From contig CM060732.1 in the NCBI GenBank assembly GCA_030704615.1, positions 7,626,001 to 7,690,000 of the forward strand: a stretch of DNA of 64,000 nucleotides. The letters run 5' to 3'. Within the stretch, counting starts at the first letter, position 1. Every line of letters starts with the position of its first letter. Of the stretch, positions 46,631-60,519 are shown in pieces. A program made the translations under genes and the position numbers. The notes under the pieces were generated by a model. It made no database searches and was not told where the DNA came from. It saw only the letters and a list, made by a program, of their open reading frames with translations. Source of the DNA: Takakia lepidozioides (taxonomy: Eukaryota; Plantae; Bryophyta).

Positions 46631-49600
46631 CACGGTAAGGATCATTGTGAAGGGTGATTGGAGGGCACAGGCTCCGAGATATGGTAGTTCCACAGGTTTC
46701 TTATGCCGCAGTGGTATTTCTGATGATGGAAGCTCGGAGTAGTCGCTGTACAAAATAAAAACTTGTGGTTGCCTGATGTTTTTATTTCGAGCGTCATATC
46801 AATGTGGGCTTGATGTTGAGTTGAATGGGGTTTGCAAGTTCAACTGTCGTCTGACCCTGATGAATGTTTACCTTTCAGCACAATGGCTTGTGAGGGGCTA
46901 CAATTTTGTGTCTCTTTCCTGTCCTGCACAATATTTTACAGTGGTGACGTGGAATAACGGCGCCGAAATACCTCATTCCGCATCCTGGACCAGGAGAAAT
47001 AGACCCTATTACCGAGGTAAGAGGACATAACACCGTCAATAAAGGCACGAAAAATTCCAATTCCGCGGATGCCCGCTCATGAGCTCATAGGCTCATAGGC
47101 TCATGGGCTCATGGGCTCATGAAATAGTAAACCTCTCCCGAACCTAACCTGGAAGTGGTTCGGCAAACAGGTCCGGGCGATTCGGTGACGTTCAGCAAAA
47201 CTTGCTCACTGCTCATGGATTTTTAGCCCCCCCCGATGCGAAAGGGCCCCGCATACGGAGGTACGAACTTCGGACTCACTTCCAGAGGTAGTCAAAAATT
47301 CTTGATGTTCAACCAGACCTCCGTGCCTGCCTAACTTCCTTCCGTTTCCGATTTGCCTGCCGTTCATACCGTTTCCTTGCTTTGACAATGTTATACTTTG
47401 CGAGCTCCAACAAACGCTCGCGTTTCTTCCAAGCACCGCTGCTGCCGCCTGTTCCTCACCGTCTTGGGCGCCCCAACTTGTCGGCACCAGAGGTGCTTTT
47501 CCATAGACCAATATGAAAGGGGAAACTCCCGTTGCGGAGTGTTCTATGTTATTATAACATAACTTTGCCGCATCCAAGTGCTCCACCCAGTCCGATTTGT
47601 CTGCCGACACATAATTCCGCAAGATCTGCTTCACCACGGAGTTCACTCTTTCCGTTTGGCCGTCCGTTGTAGGTCGGAAGGCCGTGCTCATCTTGAGCCA
47701 CGTCCTCATCTTCTTCCAAAGTGCCCTCCAAAATTTACTTGTAAACTTTGGATCGCGATCCGAGACAATATCCTTCGGGAGTCCATGATGCTTGAAGACG
47801 TAGACGAAGTAAAGTCGCCCCGTCTCCTATGCCGTTCCGTCTCCTTGGTGGGGATAAAATGGCCCATTTTATATAAATAGATAAATATTATTTGAAGTAA
47901 CCATGCCTAGATACATGACGCGTGATCACAATCCTCTGAGATTTCCACCACCACCATGATTGCATCGAATCCTTTTGACAGCGGCAAAGCAGTCATGAAA
48001 TCCATCGAGACACTTTCCCAAGACCCTTCTGGAATCCGCAAAGGTTGTAACAGCCCCGCTTGCCTTTTGTATTCGCTCCGGTTTTGCTGGCATGTGGTGC
48101 ATGTCTTGACATACTCCTCGGCCTCCTCCCTTAGTTTGGGCCAAAAATACTCTTTCTTCAAGAGTGCCGCAGTGCGTTGGCTCTGCCGTGGCCTGCAAGC
48201 GGGCCATCATGGCATTCTCTCAAAAGACCATCTTTGAGCCCTCTTTTCGGCACGTAGAGGCGCTTTTGCTTGTACCGGAGCAATCCTTTATGCAAGAGGA
48301 ACTGCGACTTAACCCCCAGCCTCTAGTCCCGCAATATCAACTTTGCGAACTCATCCTTCCGATAGGCCTTCCGAATTTTCCACTGCAACTCCGTCTCGCC
48401 CTCGTACACCAACATGAGTTGCTACTTTCTACTCAGAGCATCGGCCACCACATTGTCTCGTCCCGGTTTGTACTGGATACCCACGTCGAACACTGCCAAA
48501 GTGTCTTGCCACCTAATTAGTTTTGGGGACAACTTAGGCTGTGTGGCAAAATACTTCACCGTGACATTGTCCGTGAACACCTTCACCAGTTTGGAACCAA
48601 CATAGTGGCGCCAAAGCTCAAGGCAATGCACCACCTCCATCATTTCTTTCTCATGCGTGGGCCACCGTCGCTCCACTTCATTCAATTTCTTACTTTCGTA
48701 AGCCACTGGACGTCCATCCTGCATCAGCACACCCCCAATGGCGAAGTCTGATGCATCCGTGTGAATTTCGAATGGACGGTCGAACTCCGGGATCTTCAAG
48801 ACTGGAGCTTCCGCCATCAGCTGCTTCAACTCGGCAAAAGCTTGGCCACAAAAATTATTTCATACCCATACCTTGGACTTACATAGAAGGTCTGACAGCG
48901 GCCCCGCGATCTTGACAAAATTTCTCACATACTTTCGGTAATAGGAGGCGAAAGAATCGCACTCCCGGGACCAAAGTCGGAGGTTCCCAGTCCAAGATCG
49001 CCCTCACCTTTCTATCATCCATTTTGATCCCATCCTATGTAATCGCATGCCCTAAGAACTCCACTTTTGTGACCCCGAATTCGCACTTTGAAGCTTTGGT
49101 ATACAGCTTCCCTTCCCGCAATTTCTGTAACACCCTTTTGAGGTGCTCCAGGTGCTCTTCCTTTGTTCTTGAGTACACCAAGATGTTGTCGATGTACACG
49201 ATCACAAAGTCATCCAATCACTCCTGAAAGAGGCAATTCATCAGGGTGCTAAAGGTTGCTAGCGCGTTGGTAAGCCCAAAAGGCATTACCAAAAATTTGT
49301 ACGAACCATACCTTGTCCCGCAAGCTGTCTTTTCCTCATCTCCTTCCGCTATCCGGATCTGGTGGTAACTTGAGCGTAAATCAATCCGGCTGAAATACTT
49401 TGCTCCTGCCAACCGATCAAAGAGGTCGTCGATCCTTGGCAAAGGGTACCGGTTTTTTATAGTCACCTTATTCAGAGCCCTGTAATTGACACACATCCGC
49501 AGCGTCTCATCCTTCTTATCTGAGAATACAACCGAGGCTCCGTAAGGTGATTTACTCGGCCGGATGTACCCCTTTGCCATTAGATCCTTCAGTTGGGCTT

Positions 49601-51526
49601 TCAGCTCGACCAACTCTCTGTGGCTCAACCGGTAGGGTGCCTTGGCAGGCGGCTCCGATCCCGACATCACCTCTATCTTGTGGCTAAGTCCTCTTCGCGG
49701 TGGCAAGCCGCTTGGTATATCCTCCGGCATCACATCCTGGTATTTCTCCAGGATCATGTTGATCCAATCTGGGCTCGGCTCCCTATCGACTTCTCCTTCC
49801 ACTTGTCTCACGTAAAGCAAAAACAGGGCTTGTGGGGCTCCTCCATGACCCACTCCTTTGCTGTCAGCAGGTTTATTCGCCCTCCCACTCAATTGGGCAT
49901 TTCCGACACCCGTAAAACTTCGCCACCATCCCCACACGGTAGCGTGACTATTCTCTTGCGGCCATCTATGACCGATCCGGATTTGCTCAAAAATGTCATC
50001 CCCAAAATGAGATCCACTCCATTGATCTCGCAAATGGTGAAGTTCTCACGTCCCTCCCAACTCCCCAGCTGAAGAGGAACATCGAACGCCACCCTCATCG
50101 CCAATTGCGGTTCTTCTTTGGCAGAACGTACTTCAATAGAAGCCCCCACATCACTTGTCGGGAGGCCCAGCTTCCGTGCCGTTGCCGGTGTCATGAAGGA
50201 GTGCGACGCTCCTGTGTCCAACAACAACGACACGTTAGTTCCGTAAATTATCCCGCACACGAACATTAGCTGATTCCCTTTACGCAAAGCTCATGTTTCC
50301 TGATACAACTCATAAGAGTAGTTGCCTACCTTGCAAGTCCTAGCGATCACCGCCTCCACCAAGCGGCTGATGGATTCTTTGGACAGCTCCGTGGTCGCCC
50401 GAGTCATGTTCAACTATTGAGGTTTCAGGCACTTCTTGGCCATGTGCCCGGGCTCCCCGCAATTAAAGCACACCCCATCAAATGTCGTCTTCTGTCCGCC
50501 ATGAGCCGACGCACCTGATTTTTCTTTCGGAGCACCAGGTGCCACCTTGATGTGCGAGGGACCTCCCTTTGATTTCCATGCGCCATTGTCGCCGCGTGGC
50601 CTATCACACTTCTTTTCCGGTCGGAAGGAGTCACCCTCTCGCCGGACCTTCTTGTGGTTCAGCTCTGTACGGCCTGTCTTCTGCTTCTGCCTCTAGGGAC
50701 ATCCGAGAAGCATTCAGCCCTTTCAATTGCTTCATTCAAAGTCTTAGGTGGCCTCTCCAACTTCTGCCTGACCCACGGGGCCAGTCCCGCCACAAAGTTG
50801 AAGACCATTTCTGGTTCCGCCATATCTGCGACTTCGAGCAATAGCACATTGAAAGCCTGGACATATCCCCAAATGTCATCTGTTTGCTTCAAGTTCCTCA
50901 TCTTGTCCCGGGTGAGCCAGGACACGTTGAGGGGCACAAACTATCTTTTCATAAGTTCCTTGAACCTACTCCAGCTCAAGGTTTATGGGTTTGGCCCTTG
51001 GTCATGAAGGCGCTTCTGCCACCATTGTTGAGCATAGCCCCTTAAATAGGTGGGAGCCACTTCCACCCGATCCTCGTCACTCAACTTGGCCGCCCGGAAG
51101 TACTGCTCCAACTCCAAGACCCAGGTGTTGAGTGCCTTCCAATTTTGGACGAAGGTGTCGGGTTCCTTAGGCTTCACCTTAAACTTTGCCTTAGTGGAAG
51201 TGGCATTAGCCGCCCTCATCACGTCTTTCAACGTCCCGCCAAACTGCGCCAACAACCCTTCCCAAAAGGCTGCTGGCATGGGAGACATCTATTGGTCTGG
51301 CAGAGCCTCTGGGAAGTCCTTGGGCTCTGACTCTCCAGATCCTCCCGTTCTCGAGCGGCCTCGCTTTCAGAAGCATAAATCGCCTCTTCCATTTGCCGCT
51401 TCGGTGACACGTCGCCCCCACCGGGCTCACCAAGATCATCGTCTTTCGGTCAGTTCCGCTTTCGCTTTGTCTTGCCCGACCCCATGGTGAGGCCGATCTC
51501 AAGGACGATCGCGTCCTAAACTCTAA

Positions 51527-51538
51527 GCTCTGATACCA
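51527..51538 (-). other. PBS complementary to tRNA-iMet
   Basis: TGGTATCAGAGC. Confidence 0.92.
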
Positions 51539-51540
51539 AG

Positions 51541-52240
51541 TGTCGCGCACCTCACTTTGGTAAGCTCCCCTTCAAGTCATAGTGACTCGCTTTGATGCGC
51601 GCGCCTAACTCCCAAATTGGCCGCCGGGCCAACTCGGAGCTTCGGCTGCTCACCAGGGCATAACGATCCCCCTCACACTCCCACACCACCCTCGACCTGT
51701 TGGGCTCAGTGGAAATTCCCTTTGGCAGATGGCATCCAGAACAGCTCCCCACACCTTGGTCGCTTTCTGGCCCGCACGCTTACTCACTAGTTTTTGGTCA
51801 CCAACGGGCTTGCACCGTTGTCGGGGTTACTACTCCCTATATATACTTCTGTGGGTGTCCACGGGGGTTCCACAAGTAGCCAAGTCCAAATCTGGTGCAC
51901 CACCACTTAGACCCTCGATTGTCCCTGTGTCGCGGTGAGTCTTGGCCCACCCACGCCCCCAATGGACCGTGGTGAGTCCCAAGACTCCCCACGACTCCCA
52001 CCACAAGGCCTCATGGTGAGCCACCCCCACTACGACTCCCTACGCTACCACCACCCCTCGTGGCCCCACCACCGCCACCGGTTTGAAGGGCTCCACCTAG
52101 TGAGTGCCTCCGCCTCCTCGAGTGCCTTCGGCACTCCAGGGTGCTTCAGCCCCCTTTCCTATTTGCTGCCACTGCCCCCACTACAGGGGCAACCCCTCTT
52201 GTGTCCCAACCCCCCGCCCTTAAGGCAAAGGACCGCGACA
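51541..52240 (-). repeat. 5' LTR (700 bp, TGTCGCG...CGCGACA)
   Basis: Inverted termini; homologous to 53128-53862. Confidence 0.9.
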
Positions 52241-52309
52241 ATTTGGTCTCCTGTCAATAGGAGGCAACGAAGAAATCCATAAAAATCATCCGGGAGGGGG
52301 GGGATGCAG

Positions 52310-53862
52310 TCGTTCAAAGTCTTGGGTGGCTTCTCCTCCAACTTCCGCCTGGCCCATGGGGCCAATCCCGCAAAATTGAAGACCACTTCTGGTTCTGCCA
52401 TGTCCGCGACTTCGAGCAACAACACATTGAAAGCCTGGACATATCCCCGAATGTCATCTGTTTGCTTCAAATTCCTCATCTTGTCCCGGGCGAGCCAGGA
52501 CGCGTTGAGGGGCACAAACTGTCTCTTCATCAATTCCTTGAACCCACTCCAGCTCAAGGTTTCCGGGCTTGGACCTCGGTTGTGAAGGCGTTTCTGCCAC
52601 CATTGTTGAGCATAGCCCCTCAAATAGGTGGGAGCCACTTCCACCCGATCCTCGTCACTCAACTTGGCCGCCCGGAAGTACTGCTCTAGCTCCAAGAGCC
52701 AGGTGTTGAGTGCCTTCCGATTTCGGACGCCCTCGAAGGTGCCGGGTTCCTTAGGCTTCATCTTAAACTTCGCCTTAGTGGAAGTGGCATTAGCCGCCTT
52801 CAACACGTCTTTCAATGTCCCGCCAAACTGCGCCAGCAACCCTTCCCAAAAGGCTGCCGGCATGGGGGGCATCTGTTGGTTTGTCGGAGCTCTCAAGGAT
52901 TCCTCAGGCTCCGACTCCTCAGATTCCTCCCGCTCTTGCGCGGCCTCATTTTCAGAAGCATGCATCGCTTCCTCAAACGGCCGCCTCGTCGGTGACACGT
53001 CGCCCCCATCGGGCTCACCAGGGTCATCATCTTTTGGGCCGTTCCGCTTTCGCTTTGGCTTGCCCGACCCCATGATGAGGCCAATCCCAAGGACGATCGC
53101 GTACTGAACTCTAGGCTCTGATACCAAGTCGCGCACCTCACCTCACTTCGGTAAGCTCCCCTTCAAGTCATAGTTACTCACTTTGATGCGCGCGCCTGAC
53201 TCCCAACCTGGCCGCTGGGCCAACTCGAAGCTTCGGCTGCTCACCGGGACATAACGGTCCCCCTTCGCTCTCCCGAAAGACCCTCCACCTATTTGGGCCT
53301 AGTGGAATTCCCTTTGGTAGATGGCAGTCCGGAACAGCTCCCCACTCTTTGGTCGCTTTCCGCTCGCTTGCTTACTCACTAGTTTTTGGACACCAACGGG
53401 CTTGCACCGTTCTCGGGGTTACTACTCCCCTATATATACTTCTGTAGCTGTCCGCGGGGGTTTCACAACCAACCATGCCATTTTATGGCGAACCACCACG
53501 AAGACCCTCGACCCCGGTGGTGAGTCGCGGTGAGTCTTGGCCCTCTCACGACCCCCCATTGGGCCGTGATGAGTCCCAAGACTCCCCACAACTCCCACCA
53601 CGAGGTCTCCACCCTATGTGAGTCCTATGCCACCCCCACTAAGACCCGCTAAGCTACCACCACCCCTTGTGGAGCCACCCCCACCGCAACCCGGTGTGCA
53701 GGGCTCCACCTAGTGAGCGCCTCCGCCTCCTTGAGTGCCTTGGACACTCAAGGGTGCTTCAGCCAGCCCCCCTACCTATCGCTGCCGCTGCCCCCACCAC
53801 AGGGGCAGCCCCTCATGTGTCCCGACCCCCCCCCCCCCCCCTCAAGGCAAAGGGCCGCGACA
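52310..53862 (-). mobile_element. 5' LTR, PBS and gag 5' half of a second Galadriel-like chromovirus (inverted segment)
   Basis: LTR 53128-53862; PBS TGGTATCAGAGC at 53115-53126; gag ends at PPKTLN. Confidence 0.88.
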
Positions 53863-55793
53863 TTGTGTGAACTATAAAAAGATGAATGCTTGTACAAAGA
53901 AAGATCCCTTTCCCTTGCCATTTATAGAAGCTGTATTGGACATTGTGGTAGGCCATGAGATGTGCTCATTCATGGATGGCTTCAGTTATAACCAAGTGCA
54001 AGTGGCAGAATAAGACCAGGGAAAGACAGTTTTCATCACAGACTGGGGTGCTTATGCATACAAAGTCATGTCTTTTGGACTTTGTAATGCACCAGCAACT
54101 TTTCAGAGTGTGATAAGTGAATCCTTCCATGAGTATTTGGATGATTTCATGCAAGTGTTCTTAGATGACTTCAGTGTGTACAGCTCTAAGAATGAGCACT
54201 TGCAGAAGTTGGAATTATGTTTGGCCAAATGCAGGATGAGAGGTCTTGGTCTGAATCCGGAAAAGTGTACTTTCTGTGTGAACTCAGGGGTACTACTGGG
54301 ACACATTGTGTGTAAGAAGGGACTGCTTGTGGATCCTAGAAAGACAGAGGCTATTAAAGTCTCACCACCACCAAGTAACGTTAAGGGTCTAAGGAGGTTC
54401 CTTGGACAAACTACTTATTATAGAAGGTTTGTCAGGCGGTATGCACAGATGGCAGCTCCATTGAGCAAGCTTTTGAAGAAGGATGCAGTGTTTGCATGGA
54501 CAGCTGAATGTCAACAGGCATTTGAGGCCCTTACATTGTCAGTAATAACTACACCTGTGCTGATTAACCCGCATTGGCATGTAGTATTTCATGTACACTG
54601 TGATGCCTCAGGAGAAGCATTGGGAGCTGTGTTAGCCCAAAATGTCACAGGAAACATAGATTCACCTGTGTACTATGCTAGCAGATTGTTGAACAGTGCT
54701 GAGATGAACTATAGCACTATTGAAAGATAAGCTTTGGCAATGATTTATGTAGTCAAGAAATTCAGGCATTACCTATTGGGAAGGAAGTTTATGTTTTATG
54801 TGGATCATCAGGCTTTGATTTATCTGGTGAACAAGCCTTTGATAAGTGGTAGGATAGCGAGATGGTTAATAATCTTGCACGAGTTTGAATTCGAAGTTGT
54901 TTACAAGCCTGGCCGTTTGCATCTTGTGGCAGATCACTTGTCACGCCTTCAACAGGAGAGTACCACCATGAAGTAAATAAAGTTTTGGAAGAAGTTCATA
55001 AAGGAGTGGCTGGAGGACATTTTGGAGATGAGACTACCAGTAGGAAAATACTACTTGCAGGTTACTGGTGGCCTACTTTGTTCAAGGATGTACATAAGTA
55101 TTGCAAGAGTTGTGATGAGTGTCAGAGGCTAGGACCTTTGCAAAGATCTGGGAAGATGGCTTTGCATCCTACGATGCCTACTGAACCATTTCAGAAATGG
55201 GGATTAGAATTTGTTGGACCAATTAATCCACCAGCCAGGAATACACAGAACAAGTATATAATCACAGCCACTTATTATACTACAAAGTGGGTGGAAGCTA
55301 AGGCTCTGAGGGACAACACAACTAAGTCCACAACAAGGTTCATGTATTAGAACATACTCACAAGATTGGCTGTCCCCTGGAATTTATCAGTGACCAGGGA
55401 AGTCACTTCATTAATAAGACAATCGAATTATTAACTAAAGAGTTCATGATTGTGCACAGGAAGAGTACAACCTATTACCCACAGGGCAATGGGCAGGCAG
55501 AGGCCACCAACAAAATACTATGCACTATCTTGGCTAAGATAGTCAATGCAAACACAACGGATTGGGATACAAAGCTGTTGACAGCTTTGTGGTCATACAA
55601 GACTTCATATAAAGTCACCACCAAGTATACACCATTCCAATTAGTTTATGGTATGGAAGCTTTACTTCCAGTGGAATTTTTATTACCTACCATGAAAACT
55701 GAATGGGGAAGGAGAATGGAATTGGATGATTCAATTAAAGTCAGGAAACATGAATTATATCATGTGGAAGAAGTACGTGCTGATGCAGCAGAT
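53863..55793 (+). pseudogene. pol: RT-RH-IN fragment of the same family as element 1-11764
   Basis: Protein nearly identical to 4.5-6.7 kb (CVNYKK...VEEVRADAAD), with stops and an internal deletion at ~54960. Confidence 0.92.
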
Positions 55794-58700
55794 ATTGAGA
55801 GGGCTGAATGTTTCTCAGATGTTCCTAGGGGTGAAAGACAAGGCCGTACGGAGCTGAACCACAAGAAGATTCGGCGGGAAGGTGACTCCTCCCGACCGGA
55901 AAAGAAGTGGGATAGGCCACGCGGCAAAAATGGCACGTGGAAATCAAAGGGAGGTCCTTCACACGTCAAGGCGGCACCCGGTGCTTCAAAAGGAAAAGCG
56001 GGTGGAGCGGCTTATGGCGGACGGAAGGCAACCTTTGATGGAGTGTGTTTCAATTGCGGGGAGCCCGGGCACATGGCCAAGAAGTGCACAAAACCTCGAC
56101 AATTGAATATGACTCGGGCAACCACGGAGCTGTCGGAAGATACCATCAGTCGCTTGGTGGAAGCGGTGGTCGCCAGGACTTGCAAGGTAGGCAAATTTTC
56201 TTGTGAGTTGTATCAGGAAACTGGCGCCTTACGAAAAGGGAGTCAGTTATTGTTCGTGGATGGGATAATATCCGGAACTAATGTGTCGTTGTTGGTGGAC
56301 ACAGGAGCGTCGCACTCCTTCATGAGACCGGCAACGGCACAAAAGCTGGGACTCCCGACAAGTGACGTGGGGGCCTCTATTGAGGTGCGTTCTGCCAAAG
56401 GAGAACCACAGTTGGCGACAAGGTTGGCAATTGATGTTCCTCTTCAACTGGGGAGTTGGGAGGGACGTGAGAACTTCACCATCTGCGAGATCGATGGAGT
56501 GGATCTCATTTTGGGGATGACCTTTTTGAGCAAATCCGGAGCGGTCATAGATGGCCGCAAGAGAGTAGTCACGCTGCCATGTGGGAATGGTGGCGAGGTT
56601 TACGAGTGTCAGAAACGCCCAAATCCGTGGGAGGGCGAATAAACCTTCTGTCAGCAAGGGAGTGGGCCGTGGAGGAGACACACGAATCCCAGTTTTTGCT
56701 TTACATTAGAGAAGTGAAGGGAGAAGGCAATGGGGAGCCGAGCCCAAATTGGATCAAGGGGATTTTGGAGAAATACCAGGATGTGATGCCGGAGGATTTA
56801 CCAAGCGGCTTGCCACCGCGAAGAGGAGTTGACCACAAGATTGAGGTGATACCGGGAACGGAACCGCCTGCCAAGGCACCCTACCGGTTAAGCCACAGGG
56901 AGTTGGTCGAGCTGAAGACTCAGCTCAAGGATCTAATGTCAAAGGGGTACATCCGGCCGAGTAAGTCACCTTACGGAGCCCCGGTGCTATTCGCACACAA
57001 GAAGGATGGGACGCTGCGGATGTGTGTCGATTACAGGGCTCTGAATAAGGTGACTATCAAAAACCGGTACCTTTTGCCAAGGATCGACGACCTCTTCGAT
57101 CGGTTGGCAGGAGCGAAGTATTTCAGCCGGATCGACTTGCGCTCCGGCTATCATCAAATTCAGGTGGCGGAAGGAGATGAGGAGAAGACCGCGTGCAGGA
57201 CAAGGTATGGTTCATATGAGTTCTTGGTGATGCCTTTTGGGCTCACCAATGCACCAGCGACATTTAGCACGCTGATGAACAGCCTTTTCCAGGAGTGGTT
57301 GGATGACTTTGTGATCGTGTACATCGACGACATCTTGGTGTACTCGAAAACAAAGGAGGAGCACCTGGAGCACCTCAAAAGGGTGTTCCAAAAATTGCGA
57401 GAAGGGAAGCTGTATGCCAAAGCTTCAAAGTGCGAATTCGGGGTCACAAAGTGGATTTCGTGGGGCATGTGATTACACAGGATGAGATCAAAATGGATGA
57501 CAGAAAGGTGAGGGCGATCTTGGATTGGGAGCCTCCGACTTCGGTCCCGGGAGTGCGATCCTTCCTAGGACTCGCCTCCTATTACCGGAAGTATGTGAGA
57601 AATTTTGCCAAGATCGCGGGGCCGCTATCGGACCTTCTGTGTAAATCTAAAGTCTGGGCATGGAACACCTTTTCTGGCCAAGCTTTTGCTGAATTGAAGC
57701 AGCGGATGGCGGAAGCTCCAGTCTTGAAAATCCCGGAGTTCGATCGTCCATTTGAGATTCATACAGATGCGTCGGACTTCGCGATTGGGGGTGTACTTAT
57801 GCAAGATGGACGTCCAGTGGCTTACGAAAGTAAGAAACTGAATGAAGTGGAGCGACGGTGGCCGACGCACACGAAAAAAGATGAAGGCGGTGGTGCATTG
57901 CCTTGAGCTTTGGCGCCACTATGTTGGTTCCAACCCAGTGAAGTGTTCACGGACAATGTCACAATGAAGTATTTTGCCACGCAGCCCAAGTTGTCCCCAA
58001 AACAACTTAGGTGGCAAGATACTTTGGCGGTGTTCGACGTGGATATCCAGTACAAACCGGGACGGGACAATGTGGTGGCCGATGCTTTAAGTAGAAAGCA
58101 GCAGCTCTTGTTGGTGTACAAGGGCGAGTCGGCACTCCAAAGGAAGATCCGGAAGGCTTGCCAGAAGGATGAGCTGGCGAAGTCCGTGATGCAGGACTTG
58201 AGGATGGGGGTTAAATCGCAGTTCCACTTGCAAAATGGACTGCTCCGGTATAAGCAAAAACGTCTCTACGTGCCAAAGGGAGGGATCAGAGATAGCCTCT
58301 TGAGAGAATGTCATGATAGCCCGCTTGCGGGCCACGGCGGAGCCAAGCGCACTGCGGCACTCTTGAAGAAAGGGTATTTCTGCCCCAAACTGAGGGAGGA
58401 GGTAGAGGAGTATGTCAAGACATGCACCACATGCCAACAAAACCGGAGCGAGTACAAAAAGCAAGCGGGGCTGTTACAACCCTTGCCGATTCCAGAGGGG
58501 ACTTGGGAAAGCGTCTCGATGGATTTCATGACTGCTATGCCGCTGTCAAAAGGATTCGATGCAATCATGGTGGTGGTGGATAGGTTCAGTAAAATGGGCC
58601 ATTTCATCTCCACCAAGGAGACGGCAACGGCGCAGGAGACAGGGGCGACTTTACTTCGCCCACGTCTTAAAGCATCATGGAGTCCCGAAGGATATTGTCT

Positions 58701-60502
58701 CGGATCGCGATCCAAAGTTTACGAGTAAATTTTGGAGGACACTTTGGAAGAAGATGGGGACGAGGCTGAAGATGAGCACCGCCTTCCGACCTACGACGGA
58801 CGGCCAAACGGAAAGAGTGAATTCCGTAGTGAAGCAATTCTTGCGGAATTACGTGTCGGCAGACCAATCAGACTGGATGGAACACTTAGACGCGGCAGAG
58901 TTCTGTTATAATAACACAGAACACTCCACAACGGGAGTTTCCCTTTCGTATTGGTCTATGGAAAAGCACCTCTAGTGCCGACAAGTTGGGCCGCCCAGGA
59001 CGTTGAGGAACCGGAAGCGGCGGTACTGGAAGAACGCGAGCGTTTGTTGAAGCTCGCAAAGTACAATATTGCCAAAGCTAGGAAACGGTATGAAAGGCAG
59101 GCGAATCGGAAGCGGAGGGAAGTGAAGTTTGAGGCAGGCACAGAGGTCTGGTTGAACATCAAGAATTTCCGACTACCTCCGGAAGTGAGTCCGAAGTTCG
59201 TACCTCCGTATGCGGGACCCTTTCGCATTCGGAAGGTTATGAATGAGGATGTGTATGAATTGGAGCTGCCGGCAAATAGCAAGGTGCACCCAGTATTCCA
59301 TGTCTCCCTTTTGAAGCCTTACTTCAAAGATGAAGCGCGTCCGAATCGGCATCAAGTGTTGCGTCCGCCACCTATGCTGTTGGATCATGAAAATGAACCT
59401 GAGTACGAGGTGGAGGCAATACTTAAGTCGAGGAGGTTCAGGAACCGAGAAACGGAGTATCTCGTCAAATGGAAGGGCTATCATCATGTGGAGGCATCTT
59501 GGGTGCGTGCCTCAGAAATGGGAAACACATCCGAGGCGGTTGCAGCTTTCGAAGGGCGACCTCAAAAGCGGAAGAAGCGTTGATGGGGACATCAACCTTG
59601 GAGCGTGGGGGAGGAAATGCATGCTTAGCCCGGCTTAGCTAGCTTAGGAATCCGATTGCAAAAACTTGTATTGTACAAAACGTGCTATAAATGAAATGGA
59701 TTCCAAATGTTGTGCGTCCTATTTTGTTTGGAATGGTGATGCATGTTTATGGTTGGCTAGTGTGTAGAATGCATGCTAGCTTATAAAAGTGGGAGAGGTA
59801 AATTGGGTTAATCGTGTGTTTGCGTAGTGCCGAAATCGGTGACCCCCATCCAAGGGGCAAGGAAACTTGCGCCTTCTTTGGGAGTTCACGTGCTAGTGCG
59901 CACCTGGCGCGTGCGCATACTATAACTGCGCTACCGAGGGGGTTGCCTTATAGTGCGGGCTAACGCGGAAGCTACGTGCTTCCGTTCACGTACTATAATC
60001 GTGTAGCCTCGGGACGAAGTCGTAGTGCGGCTTCGGCGTGTTCCCGTACCTCAGGCCAGCATTCCAAGGCGGACCCAATTGTAGTGATTGGGGCGCACGG
60101 TTGGTTCAAGGTTATCTTCCTAGTCAAAGAGGGTTCCAGGGAACCCTTGCTCAAGATGATGCCAAAAGCGGCATCATGAGCGGTCGCAAGCAATGTTGTT
60201 GCAGTAAGGCGATTCGATCCTTGGGGAGGATCGTTCCTTGGCCTTAAAGTAGGCCAAGAAGAGTGCACTGGGAGGAGCTTGAGAGGCTCCACCCTTGGCC
60301 GGGACTTGGAGGAAGCCGGCCGAACTAGCTAGTGGAGAGTAGAGTCAAGTGTGGGGTTTGGTTCTTTGCCATGGGACGCCATGGTGCGGAAACAAACTCC
60401 TTGATGTGGGACGCCACAACTTGGATGTTCGTTTCTACAAAATGGACAAGTCGATGAGGACATCGACTCCCTGTTGGTAGGGGTGTGTGTCGCGGCCCTT
60501 TG
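55794..60502 (+). mobile_element. Remainder of the Galadriel-like chromovirus: gag 3' half, PR, RT, RH, IN, chromodomain, 3' UTR, PPT, LTR start
   Basis: CFNCGEPGHMAKKC; VDTGASHSF; YIDD; SVSMDF; YAGPF; chromodomain EYEVEAIL..R...EYLVKWKGY....SW; LTR start TGTCGCGGCCCTTTG at 60488 after GGTAGGGGTG. Confidence 0.92.
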
Positions 60503-60519
60503 GTAATGTCCTCTAGCGA

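Larger units (their letters stand above)
25136..47135. mobile_element. Large Mutator-like (MULE) DNA transposon with terminal inverted repeats and cargo genes
   Basis: GAGGTTAGCTATTTCATGAGC at 25136 versus GCTCATGAAATAGTAAACCTC ending at 47135, both with subterminal CATGAGC repeats; contains a MULE transposase. No 9-bp TSD found. Confidence 0.55.
47227..52240 (-). mobile_element. Galadriel-like chromovirus (Ty3/Gypsy), 3'-truncated and degenerate
   Basis: LTR 51541-52240, iMet PBS, gag (50425-51400), PR LLDTGASHSF, RT, RH HTDASDFAIG, IN; truncated just after YAGPFRI. Confidence 0.9.

Noticed and set aside
55446-56642. Novel integrase-gag-protease fusion protein
   Set aside because: Chimeric junction of two different elements at an inversion breakpoint.
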